A DNA stretch of 64,000 nucleotides from Phycisphaerae bacterium (lineage in GTDB: Bacteria; Planctomycetota; Phycisphaerae; Tepidisphaerales; Tepidisphaeraceae): the NCBI GenBank assembly GCA_026004655.1, contig BPJO01000003.1:122254-186253 (forward strand), given 5' to 3'. Positions 39,018 to 48,758 of the stretch are shown here, piece after piece. Made by a program: the position numbers and the translations under genes. Under the pieces are notes generated by a model that ran no database searches, was not told where the DNA came from, and worked only from the letters and a program-made list of their open reading frames with translations. Each line of letters begins with the position of its first letter. Positions within the stretch are counted from its first letter, which is position 1.

Positions 39018-39424
39018 CGATCATTTACGGGGTCATCCTTGTTCTTTTGGGTTTCGGAGCCTACGGATTGGGGCTGGCAGGTTTGATGGGAAACAAAGCC
39101 AGTCCCACCGCGCTGATCCCTTCAGTATTCGGATTGATCCTTGTCCTGTTGGGGCTTGTTGGACAATTCAAACCCTCCATCAACATGCATGTCATGCACG
39201 CAGCGGTGCTTATAGCCTTGTTGGGTTGTCTGGCTTCTGCGGGGATGGGGATCCCGAAACTGATCCGATACGCTACGGATTCTCTCCCTCCTGAGGCGCC
39301 CGTTCGAGTTGGTGCATGGGTCACACAAACCCTGATGGCATTTATCCTAGCGGTCTATGTTGCACAGTGTGTAAAAAGTTTTATTTCCGCCCGTCGGCAA
39401 CGACGTCTGCAGTCACAGGCCTGA
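39005..39424 (+). CDS. Small integral membrane protein (4 predicted TM), unknown function
   Basis: 139-aa ORF with four hydrophobic stretches and a basic C-terminus. It overlaps the previous gene by 13 nt. Confidence 0.4.
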   Translation: MAKVTIIYGVILVLLGFGAYGLGLAGLMGNKASPTALIPSVFGLILVLLGLVGQFKPSINMHVMHAAVLIALLGCLASAGMGIPKLIRYATDSLPPEAPVRVGAWVTQTLMAFILAVYVAQCVKSFISARRQRRLQSQA

Positions 39425-39471
39425 ATCTACCCGATCAGGCCAATTTCGGTGATCATTCTCCGGACTTGGTT

Positions 39472-40720
39472 TCATTGAGCGTTTGTTTTTCCGGTCGGAC
39501 TCACAAGTGGACTCAACTTTTTGATCATGATCCGAGCATCCGGGGCAGGGGACCAAGGCGTGTTCAACGGTATTCCCGAAAGATCCACTCTGCCAAACAA
39601 CTTGATCTGTAAAAATGCTCGGCCTTTGGCGAATGTTCCGGTCGAAGCGTGTTCGGCGATCAGATCGTTGGGAAGCGAATAAACCAGGTCCACTTTGCGG
39701 TTCTGCTGTTTCATCGAAATCAGGATCTGGTCGTCCAGTCGATACAACGCCAGGGCAGCGTCAGTCATGGCGCCAATCGGATAAAAGATCTGCCCGTTCA
39801 CGATCATCGGAGCCGCTGCAGGGGTCAGACGGACGTATCCGTCAGGGTCCGCAGCCTGGTCCTCGAACCGGAGTCGCACTACCAACAGTTGATGAGTGCT
39901 GTCCTTAGAAAGTGTCAAGGACTCTTCGTTCGGTCTGAACCGTTTGATTTCCATATCTCCGGCCGGGAATTGCCGGAGGTATTCAAGGTCATCAACCCTT
40001 TTTCGTCCAGAGTCACCTGCTGAACGGTAGGGGTGTTGATGATTGTCCGTTTTCCTCCGAGATCGGCTCCTAGACGGTTTCCAAATGCTACTGTTAGGAG
40101 ATCGGGGTGAACCTGTGAAAACGCAACCTCTCCTGAAAACGCACCCTGTACTAGCGGTTGAGACAATATTCAGAACGATGGAATCCAAGGTTAACGTCGA
40201 TCCCTGACCTTCAGGCAATTCATTTTTCTCCAGCTGGTTGAATACAAACGCGTCCTGATCCCTTCGAGAATTGGTCGAGGCATCGCGTGGAATGATCACA
40301 TTCCGATCGACCAGAGGAAAATTGGCATGCATTCCGATTGAAGGACCGGACGGAAGCAGTCTGGGCTGCTAACCAGAAATGTACCAACACCCAACACTGC
40401 GGCGATTAACCCCAAAACCGATGGCACACCCACGATCCACCCAAAGAGGAAGTCGGATATTTCCCGGGACCATCGTGTCAAAAATCACTCGCAAGACAAT
40501 GTAGCCTAAACCCATATAACGCGACCAATAACATTCCGCCGGAATAGTCCGCCATCCTTCCGGGAGGAAACATTCCCATCACAGGCTCGTAATATCCGAA
40601 TGCCAGCAACATCGCGATCAGGGCACAGATTGCACTGATCACAGCAGTGAAACCGCCTTGCAAGTAATGATAATACGTTACCCCGGCGACCAGAACGAGT
40701 GAGATGGACAGCAATATCAT
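39472..40720 (-). pseudogene. Frameshifted membrane protein gene (CvpA-like N-terminal TM region plus a soluble C-terminal domain)
   Basis: Protein-like segments are spread over at least 4 minus-strand ORFs in different frames: 40478..40810, 40296..40481, 39915..40166 and 39472..40332. Each is plausible only over part of its length. Confidence 0.5.
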
Positions 40721-40754
40721 GATAACCTTTTTACTTATCTTAACAGGTTCCTCG

Positions 40755-42168
40755 TCACACCTGAGGGGAAGTTGATGACACCGGGCGCGTCGCTGATGAG
40801 GTCTCTCCACCCGTTGAAGGACCTCGCAGAACCCTCAACACCTCTTCCACGCTCGTATCCCCCAATTCAACCCTAGCCAAAGCCGATTCCTGCAAATAAC
40901 GCTGACGCTGTTTTCGGAACAGGGCTTTGAGCTGATTGATTGTTCCTCCCTCAACAATCACTTTGCGAACCTCATCGTCGATGCTGAACAATTCGAACAC
41001 CGCCCGTTCTGCCCTTGTAACCGAGTCCCTGACAGAATGGGCAGATCACTTCATTGCCTTTTTGATCGCGAAGAGGTTCTTTGCGGGGCCTGGTACAACT
41101 TGTCCACCCGTTCAGGGGACATGTTCATCTTTTTTCAGGGCTTCGGGGTCGGGCAGGTACGCCACCTTACAGGCCTTGCACAAAAGACGAACTAATCGCT
41201 CCGCGACGATCAGCTTCAGACTGTCCGTGGCTAGGGAATCGTCACCGATCAGCTTTCCTCCATCGGGTCAGAGCATCAAACGCGGTAGGACCTTCTCATG
41301 GCCACGTAAACACGTTTACCGGTCAACCGCGAACTTTGCCAGGCTGACTGCAGTGCGAGGATCTTCGATCCAGTCGATATAAATGACGTCCGGTTCCTGC
41401 GAAATCAGCCAGTCGATCTGCTTTAATTCCTCGTTCACGGACGCCGATGCCGGCAAAATATTGTGTCGGATACCCTCCAGATCAGATTGAGGATCACGCT
41501 CCAGTGTCTGAATATGCGTAAGAAACGCGTCATGCTTCTTCAGAACGGCGTAGCACAGGTTTGTCAATCCCTGACCTTTCGGGGCACAAAGAAGAACAAC
41601 ACCGCGACGGATCTGCGATAACATTCGTCAGTGATTCTAACTGATCCGGTAAAAGCCCGAGCGTATCGACGGTGAAGTCAAGTTGCTTCTTGCTGTCGAT
41701 CGAAACATCGCATTAGTTCCCCGGCCGTTGATCCGGCAGTGTAAACATCGACTTCGTGCCGGGACTGATCGGTTTTGATCGTCATTTTTCCGGTTTGAGG
41801 CTTTCGACGGTCATTCTTGTCCATTCCGGCCAGAGACTTGATCATCGCGATCATTTCGCTTGCCAGTTCTTGGTAAAGGTTTGACCTTCAAAAACGATTC
41901 CATCGACCGTATAGCACTGGACCATCGCTCCATCCATCGGACGCAGTTCGATTCTCTGGGCATTCAGTTTAACGGGTTGTTGCAAGAATGACTGAAGTCC
42001 GTCATATGCCGGACGAAATGGGTCTTCTTCGGCTGGCGGGGGCATAGGTTTGCCCGATTTATCCACAAGCACCGTTGTGTCATGTGATGCTTTGATCTCC
42101 TTGGGCTTGCGACGACCAAAACTGCTGAAAAAGTCTTTGATCTCGTCAGAAAGATCTTTCAACCCCAC
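40755..42168 (-). pseudogene. Frameshifted GspE/PilB-family secretion ATPase-like gene
   Basis: There are three in-order fragments in different frames. The N-terminal fragment is 41851..42168. The P-loop region is 41316..41624 (VVLLCAPKGQGLTN...DPRTAVSLAKFA). The C-terminus is 40755..41000 (FELFSIDDEVRKVIVEGGTINQL...LGDTSVEEVLRVL). Confidence 0.6.
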
Positions 42169-42529
42169 CCGTCTGATTTCGCCAGATCAGGTAGTATCCG
42201 ATTTCGGATAAAAAAAATGAACAGAAAAACTGCCAGTGCTGCCCAGTAATTGGGGATTAGCAGCAATCTGTCCCACGGCAACGACCAATCCACCGAGATT
42301 GATCATATTAATCACTTCACGCGGTAGATGAGATTTGGGGGCATCCTTGTCCCGCCCAAGTCATTAACCGAAGCCATACCAGAGAAATAACGACTAACCG
42401 GCAAAAACTTAAAAACCATTAATGTAATTGGCTAACTCAGCCACGGACAAAAACGGATGGTCCATTGAATCTCCTCACAGCACCCCGTCCGATCAAGCTT
42501 CACGACCGGTTCAAAGGATTGGATTGTAT

Positions 42530-43807
42530 TCATCGTCTCAAGATTGTCGATCCATTGTTGGCGTCTGTCAGTAACCCAGTTCTCGGGCGATTTCGGGCGG
42601 CATAACGAAGCAGATTCTGGTCCTCGGCTTCCAGGGTTCGAGATCGACGTATCAACATCCGTCCGGCAATTTCAATCGCTTTGGAAACATCCATTGATGT
42701 CTTCTCTGAATCGGTCCAGAAACTGAAAACTGGGAACCACGTGCGGCACCCTCTGGCTGAGGGTTACCAGTGATGACACCCCCGATGTAGCTCCCAGGCC
42801 AACAATTGAGTATGCCGTGGCCGTTTTGGCGTGATCCCCGATCGCACATCCCAGCAAGACCCGTTCGCTTTGGACCGTATGAGACCCCAAATGTAATTTG
42901 AATCAGTCCATAAGTGCTTTTGAGATTGCTTGTTGTAGTCCCAGCCCCGAGATTCACCCACTCCCCCACGTAGCTGTCACCCACAAAACCGTCGTGACTC
43001 TTATTTGAATAAGACTGAAAGATGGAGTTGTTGACTTCTCCCCCGATCCGACAACATGGCCCTAGACTCGTTCCCGGTCGGATTAATGTTAGAGGCGTAA
43101 TTCGACACCCCATTCCGATATAGCAAGGCCCTTCAATTATTGAACTAGCTCCGATGGAAACACCTTTATCAATCAGGATCGGGCCTTTACTTGCATCCAA
43201 AACCACTTGCGGACCGATATGAACGTCTGGTTCCGCATGAATGTTTTCCGAATCGATCAGGCAGATACGCCGATCCTCAGGGCGCGGGCTGAGTCCAATA
43301 GATCGAGTCGGCCATAATGGCTTCTTCGTTCCAAGCAACCAAGTCTGCCCAATGGCGTGGAAACCTTGCCTGGGGGCATCGATTGAGGTAATTCACGAAG
43401 CCCAAGCCATCGGAGGCTCCGCTGGAGGACATCTTCGTGGGTCAACCCCGGACAACGCACATACGCCATTCGGATCAGGTGATCCTCTTCTTCGAGCACA
43501 ACACATTCGTTTTCAGGCCGTTCTACTGTTGCGAAGTGAACAGTCCTGGCCGAAAAGATCATCGCAGGTTCATCGTCTAGGGGGGTGTTGACCTGACAGG
43601 GAATTGGACAATTCGGGTCGAATGTATCTTTCGACGAAAGGCTCCATTTCCGGCCGAACCCAGAGAGTTACACGGGTTGGACGGGTAGCTCGGATTTGCT
43701 TCTGTAATAGTGTGACCTGCCCCAACGCGGAGAGAAAAAACCGGACGGGTCAGCGAAAAGGGGACGAAATCCGTCCACTGCGAACCCTCAAAGATGACTA
43801 CATGCAT
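42530..43807 (-). pseudogene. Frameshifted putative sugar nucleotidyltransferase (N-terminal NTP-transferase plus left-handed beta-helix)
   Basis: The fragments are 43577..43807 (MHVVIFEGSQWTDFVPFSLTRPVFSLRVGAG), 43257..43562, 42652..43338 (hexapeptide-repeat region) and 42672..42890 (GCAIGDHAKTATAYSIVGLGA). The 3' end is approximate. Confidence 0.6.
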
Positions 43808-43906
43808 ACCGGTTCATTGTAAGACCAAACCGATCGAAAAGCGATCAATAAAAGAGGCGAATGACACAACTTCGTCTCTTACGTAAAAAAAATGTGACTC
43901 GTTTCT

Positions 43907-44533
43907 TTAACGTTCAGCCCGAGGAGAATCCCAAATTGATTTGATAGCAGGACCGGACGAGTTTAATGAATTAACAACTTCGGTCACCGACAACATCCAC
44001 GAGGGTTGTGACAGTAACGTTCGTCCCCGGATGACTCCTGAAGGATCCACCACGATAAGGGTCGGACTATTGACACGGTATGCACGGGCTACAGTCCCAT
44101 CAAAATCTTTCGCTGTATGCAACAGCGGACAGTTAATTTCCAGTTGAGAGGCGTCCTCGGGCATATCCGCCCAAAACACTTGGTTCGTAAACGTACGATA
44201 TACCCAAGATCCGAACATTAGGGATGTTGCGATAAGTGTTGACCAGTAAAATTGATCTGGTTGGCGCACTGGACAATTTCCTCTGATCCGTGTTCGGCGA
44301 AGATTAATACCTGAATTGGATTATTTGCAGCTCGGACATCAAACTCGATGGTGTTCTGGCGCAACATCCTTTAAAATCGACAACACCAGCTGCCTTGGAT
44401 CCGGGTAATCCGGTAATCGCTCACCTGCTCACGAGATGCGCCCAAAACCAGAATGGTCAGACACATCGAAAAAAATGACTACCGCACAGATCAGACCTGT
44501 ATGAACCCATCGTTGTGTGACTGGCATTTTCAT
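43907..44533 (-). pseudogene. Frameshifted TlpA/ResA-like membrane-anchored thioredoxin-fold gene
   Basis: ATG 44533 follows GAGGA and opens MKMPVTQRWVHTGLICAVVIFF, a TM anchor. The frame is lost at the A7/T7 run at 44469-44475 and resumes as CLTILVFWAH in another frame. The C-terminal part lies in ORF 43907..44269 (ARAYRVNSPTLIVVDPSGVIRG). Confidence 0.5.
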
Positions 44534-44800
44534 TCCTCGCGATCAGTACGGGTGGGCTTTGAACATCCATCTGTCGGTTCACAGAAATGACTGCATCCCG
44601 TACAATATATCTGTTCTCCAATACAAAATATAAATCTCCGTTGTAACCCTGCAACATCAATTTGCACGATTTGCCAAAAAATATGTAAATATTATTTGTG
44701 TTAAGTCATTGTAGCCTCGATTATTATGAAAATAGTCCGGGAACAATTAAGTCTGTGTAACTCTTTGTACCGTGGAAAATAAAAGGCATTTTACCGACGA

Positions 44801-47400
44801 ATGATTCGGGGATTTTATAATGTGGCAAAATGCGCTTCTCGGTCCATCATTCACGGGAAAACGGTTTGGATTTGGTTTTCTCGCTTCCTTGTACAGACCC
44901 AGAAACCCCCATTTGACTATCAGAGTCCAAGCTTGGCGGGCATACTTAGATGGCGAATCCGGACTGATTCATGCCCCCACGGGGTCCGGGAAGACCTTGG
45001 CTGTGATCGGTGGACCTGTCATCGAGTGTCACACCGAATCGACATCCCGGACGGGTCCTTGTTCCCGAAATCATTCGGACCCTTTTCGGATCATCTGGAT
45101 CACGCCCATGCGGGCTTTGGCCACCGATACCGCCCATGCCATTTCTGAACTGGCCCGAAATCTTGATCTTTCCTGGTCGGTTGAAGTTCGCTCGTCTGAC
45201 ACCCCCTAGCAGTCTTCGGAAAAAACAACGAGATCGACTTCCCACCGTTCTGGTTACCACTCCTCGAAAGCCTTTCTCTGCTGATCAGTTATCCACATTT
45301 TCGGGATTCACTGGTCGGACTCCGTGCAGCCGTGGTGGATGAGTGGCACGAATTATTGTCCACAAAGAGGGGGGGTTCAGACCGAACTGGGGTTGGCCAG
45401 GCTGCGGGGATTGAATCACGGGCTTCGGATCTGGGGGCTTTCGGCAACCCTAGGCAATCTTGAACAAGCCAAACAGGCTCTGTTGGGACCACACCGTACC
45501 GGAAGGTTGATTCATGCCGACCTTTCAAAGCAGACCGTTGTAGAAACCCTGATTCCAGATTCGATTGAACGGTTCGCTTGGCAGGGGCATTTGGGTCTGA
45601 AAATGCTCCTTCCGGTGATTTCGTGAAATCGAAAAACCGGGCACGGACACTGTTGTTTGCCAATACCCGGGCTCAAACGGAAATCTGGTTCCGCGCGATT
45701 CTGGATCATCGTCCCGAATGGTTAGGGCAAATCGCCATTCATCACGGTTCGCTCGATCGAAAATTGCGACTTCAGGTTGAAAGGATGCTTCGAGAAGGCA
45801 GCATCCGGGCGGTGGTGTGCACGAGCAGCCTGGATTTGGGGGTCGATTTCAGTGCAGTGGACCGTGTTTTGCAGGTCGGAAGTCCCAAGGGTATCGCCAG
45901 GCTCATGCAACGGGCGGGTCGAAGCGGACATCGACCGGGACAAATCAGCCGGGTCATTTGCGTGCCGACACATGCCTTTGAACTAGTCGAGTTTTCTGCA
46001 GCACGTCAAGGCGTTCAGGATCGTCGAATCGAATCACGATACCCGATGAAAAAACCTTTGGACGTTCTGGTCCAACACGTAGTGACCGTTGCCAGCGGGG
46101 GGGGATTCGAACAATCTTCCTTAAAGTCCTGAAATACAATCGACTTATGCTTATTCAGACCTGACCGATGAGGAATGGGGTTGGGTCATGGATTTTGTCA
46201 CCCGGGGCGGTCCGACCTTAACAGCCTATCCACAATTCAAAAAAGTCGTCTGTGATGAACAAAGCCGCTGGTCGATTGCCAACGACAAACTTGCAAGGAT
46301 GCATCGGTTCGGTATTGGTACGATCACCTCGGACGGGGTCGTTTCTCTTGTCACGACGGGAAACAAAACCCTCGGCACGATCGAAGAACAGTTCGTCGGA
46401 AAACTAAAACCGGGTGATGTCTTTGTTTTTTGCCGGGAGACCGCTGGAACTGGTCAGCGTACGCCAGATGACCGCCAAAGTTCGAATCGCAACCAACCGT
46501 CGGGGGACCGTCGCCGTCTGGGGAGGTGGACGATTCCCCATGTCAACACTTCTAGCTGATGCGGTACGTCACCGAATCAACCAGGCCCGGCAAGGAATCT
46601 TTGTGGATGATGAAATGAAACGTGTGGCGCCACTGCTTCAGATCCAACAACAATGGTCGACCTTGCCCGCACCCGATGAATTACTGATCGAGTTTCATCA
46701 GACCCGTGAAGGATATCATTATTTCTTGTTCGGTTTTCTCGGTAGACTCGTTCATGAAGGGCTAGGCGCCCTGATCGGATACCGACTCCAGCAACGGTTT
46801 GATATTCCTGTGGTTGCAACCTACACCGATTATGGACTGGAACTGCTTTGTCCCAAGCCTGTTCAATCCGAGGAATCTGATTGGCGACAGCTTCTGTCAA
46901 CCCAAAACCTGTTGGAAGACCTTGTCGCCTGTCTCAATGCTGGGCAACTCGCTCGACGACAGTTTCGAGACATCGCCCGTGTTGCTGGTCTGGTCTTGGC
47001 CTCTTCACCGGGTGCACCCCGATCCAACCGACATCTCCAGGCCTCGGCCGAACTGTTTTTTGACGTATTCATGGATTTTGATCCCCAGAACCTCCTTCTC
47101 GAACAAGCCCGACGGGAAGTGCTTGAACAACAACTGGAGTTCATGAGATTACAACAGGCTCTGCAAACGCTGGACCGGCAACGTCTGATCCTTAAATCTC
47201 CTCCCAGACTGACTCCTATGGCCTTTCCGATCTGGGCCCAGCGAATCAGCAGCCAGACCATTCGGATCGAAGAAGCCGGAAAACGTATCGAACGAATGAT
47301 CGCCCGGCTTGAAGCCGCTGCGGACAAAACCGCTGAATCGTCTTGCTCTGTCCACCCGAAAGACGTCGTCGAACAAACTACCGGTGGAAACCTTCTGTGA
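44801..47400 (+). pseudogene. Frameshifted ligase-associated DEXH-box helicase (Lhr-like)
   Basis: Helicase motifs appear in order but in changing frames: GLIHAPTGSGKT (44820 ORF), LPTVLVTTPESLSLL/VVDEWHEL (two further frames), IWGLSATLGN (45324 ORF), and [12 protein letters not shown]...HHGSL...[13 protein letters not shown]...QRAGRSGH (45578 ORF). The C-terminal domain lies in the 46188 and 46414 ORFs. At least 7 frame breaks are present, including C5 at 45202-45206 and G7 at 45369-45375. Confidence 0.75.
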
Positions 47401-47467
47401 AATCTTAGGACCAGGAGTGTGGCGATTTCGGTTCGGACCGACCTACAATTTGACGTCAAGGACGACG

Positions 47468-48127
47468 ATGCCAAGCTTCAATCTGGATTTTCTTGGACAG
47501 AGGTTGGAATTACTCCCGGATCGGGCAATCTGGTGGGGGAGCTGTCGGACACTGATCATTGCCGACCTGCATTTGGGAAAAGCTGCCACCTTTCGAGCCA
47601 GTGGTCTTCCCGTCCCGGTCGGGAATACCACACGAGACCTTCAAAGGCTGTCCAAGCTGATTCAGGACCACAACCCGCATCACTTGTTCATTCTTGGCGA
47701 TTTGATCCATGCCCCGGAATCCGAAGAAGCGCTGCAAACCTTTCTCCGATGGCGTCAACAATACCCCGACTTAACCGTATCAGCCGTTCTGGGAAATCAT
47801 GACCAATATTTGCCTAAAGAAATCCTCTCCCGGGCAGTCGAGGTGTACGAATCAACTTTTCAACAAGCCGGATTCGAGTTCATACATCAACCAGTGGATT
47901 TTCCGACTGTCCCGACATTGGCAGGGCACTTGCATCCGGTCGTTCGACTGACCGATTTTGATGGTTCCGGGATTTATTTGCCCTGTTTTGCCGTGCGAGA
48001 CCGACTGATAATCCTACCTGCATTTAGTCGGTTCACGGGGGGATCCAGAATCGAACCACAATCGGGAATGATTTGTTATGTCGCCGGCGCAGGACGGGTC
48101 GTACCACTCAAAAATGATAAGTCATGA
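47468..48127 (+). CDS. pdeM: Ligase-associated DNA damage response metallophosphoesterase (PdeM-like)
   Basis: Trimmed to ATG 47468 (MPSFNLDFLGQRLELLPDRAIWW). The motifs TLIIADLHLGKAATFRASGLPVP, LFILGDLIHA and VLGNHD are calcineurin-like phosphoesterase motifs in the PdeM arrangement. The gene is intact, unlike the helicase upstream. Confidence 0.75.
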   Translation: MPSFNLDFLGQRLELLPDRAIWWGSCRTLIIADLHLGKAATFRASGLPVPVGNTTRDLQRLSKLIQDHNPHHLFILGDLIHAPESEEALQTFLRWRQQYPDLTVSAVLGNHDQYLPKEILSRAVEVYESTFQQAGFEFIHQPVDFPTVPTLAGHLHPVVRLTDFDGSGIYLPCFAVRDRLIILPAFSRFTGGSRIEPQSGMICYVAGAGRVVPLKNDKS

Positions 48128-48210
48128 AAACAGAAATACTTACGATGCAAGAGGTGTTTTAGCGTCACCACCGGCATTTCAATAAACCGATTCAGTTCAG
48201 ATACAGATAA

Positions 48211-48239
48211 TTGAAAACCCGGGCGTATCGATATAGTAT
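48211..48239 (+). promoter_or_regulatory. Candidate sigma70-type promoter for ssrA (TTGAAA-N17-TAGTAT)
   Basis: The -35 element TTGAAA is at 48211-48216 and the -10 element TAGTAT at 48234-48239, with a 17-nt spacer. The mature 5' end at 48254 would require RNase P trimming of a short leader. Confidence 0.3.
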
Positions 48240-48253
48240 ATGATAATCACACC

Positions 48254-48642
48254 GGGGGCGACCGGTTTCGACTGGATGGCTACGGTGATGGTGGCATGCC
48301 CCGGAAGTCTGCTTGGCCGGGTTAACAATGCGGACAAACATTAACTGCCAATGACAATGCTGCAGTCGCTGGTCGCGTCGGTTTCGGCGCTCCGGCGTTC
48401 GTAATGGCTGCCTAATAAAAGGCGGTCTCGGGATGACGACGATGCTCGCTGATCGTCACCCGAAACAAGCGAGCTGGCTCACCAAGACAGGTCTTTCGAG
48501 GTGAGTGAGATTCAGTAGACCTGGAATCGTCCGAAGGCTGTCGGTGGCCGGCGGATGGTTCGACAACAAATCACCAGACTACGCATGTAGAAGCCATCAT
48601 TCGAGTTGTCTCAGGACGGGGGTTCAATTCCCCCCGCCTCCA
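48254..48642 (+). ncRNA. ssrA: tmRNA (SsrA), one-piece; predicted tag ANDNAAVAGRVGFGAPAFVMAA
   Basis: The 5' end GGGGGCGACCGGTTTCGAC pairs with the 3' CGCCTCC (48635-48641), including a G3:U wobble. The T-arm is GGGGG-TTCAATT-CCCCC (48618-48634) and the discriminator is A48642. The tag ORF runs from GCC 48347 to the double stop TAATAA at 48413-48418 and ends in ...VMAA. CCA is not encoded (the following bases are CTC). Confidence 0.9.
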
Positions 48643-48717
48643 CTCAGCGGGACGAGATTTTCGTCCTGCAGCAAATTGAATGGTTTTCTTGGGGTAAACT
48701 CAAGATTTCCAGAGTTC

Positions 48718-48758
48718 AAACGCACGGTTTCGAGCATGATGCTCAAAATCGTGCGTTT
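48718..48758. repeat. 41-bp nested inverted repeat: AAACGCACG...CGTGCGTTT enclosing GAGCAT-G-ATGCTC
   Basis: The outer 9-bp arms are at 48718-48726 and 48750-48758. The inner palindrome is at 48732-48744. The repeat straddles the recombinase stop codon (48743-48745). Confidence 0.6.

Noticed and set aside
42170-42470. Possible small HTH/excisionase-like gene (ATG 42465 after GAGGAG, MDHPFLSVAELANYINGF then a stop at a T5 run) and a small TM peptide upstream of the GspE-like pseudogene
   Set aside because: The frames cannot be followed reliably through this indel-ridden stretch, and the evidence is too weak for a feature call.
48611-48645. tRNA-like T-arm and acceptor sequence (GGTTCAATTCC...) that could be called a tRNA
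   Set aside because: It pairs with the 5' end at 48254 across a 389-nt RNA containing a tag ORF. It is therefore the tRNA-like domain of the tmRNA, not a separate tRNA gene.
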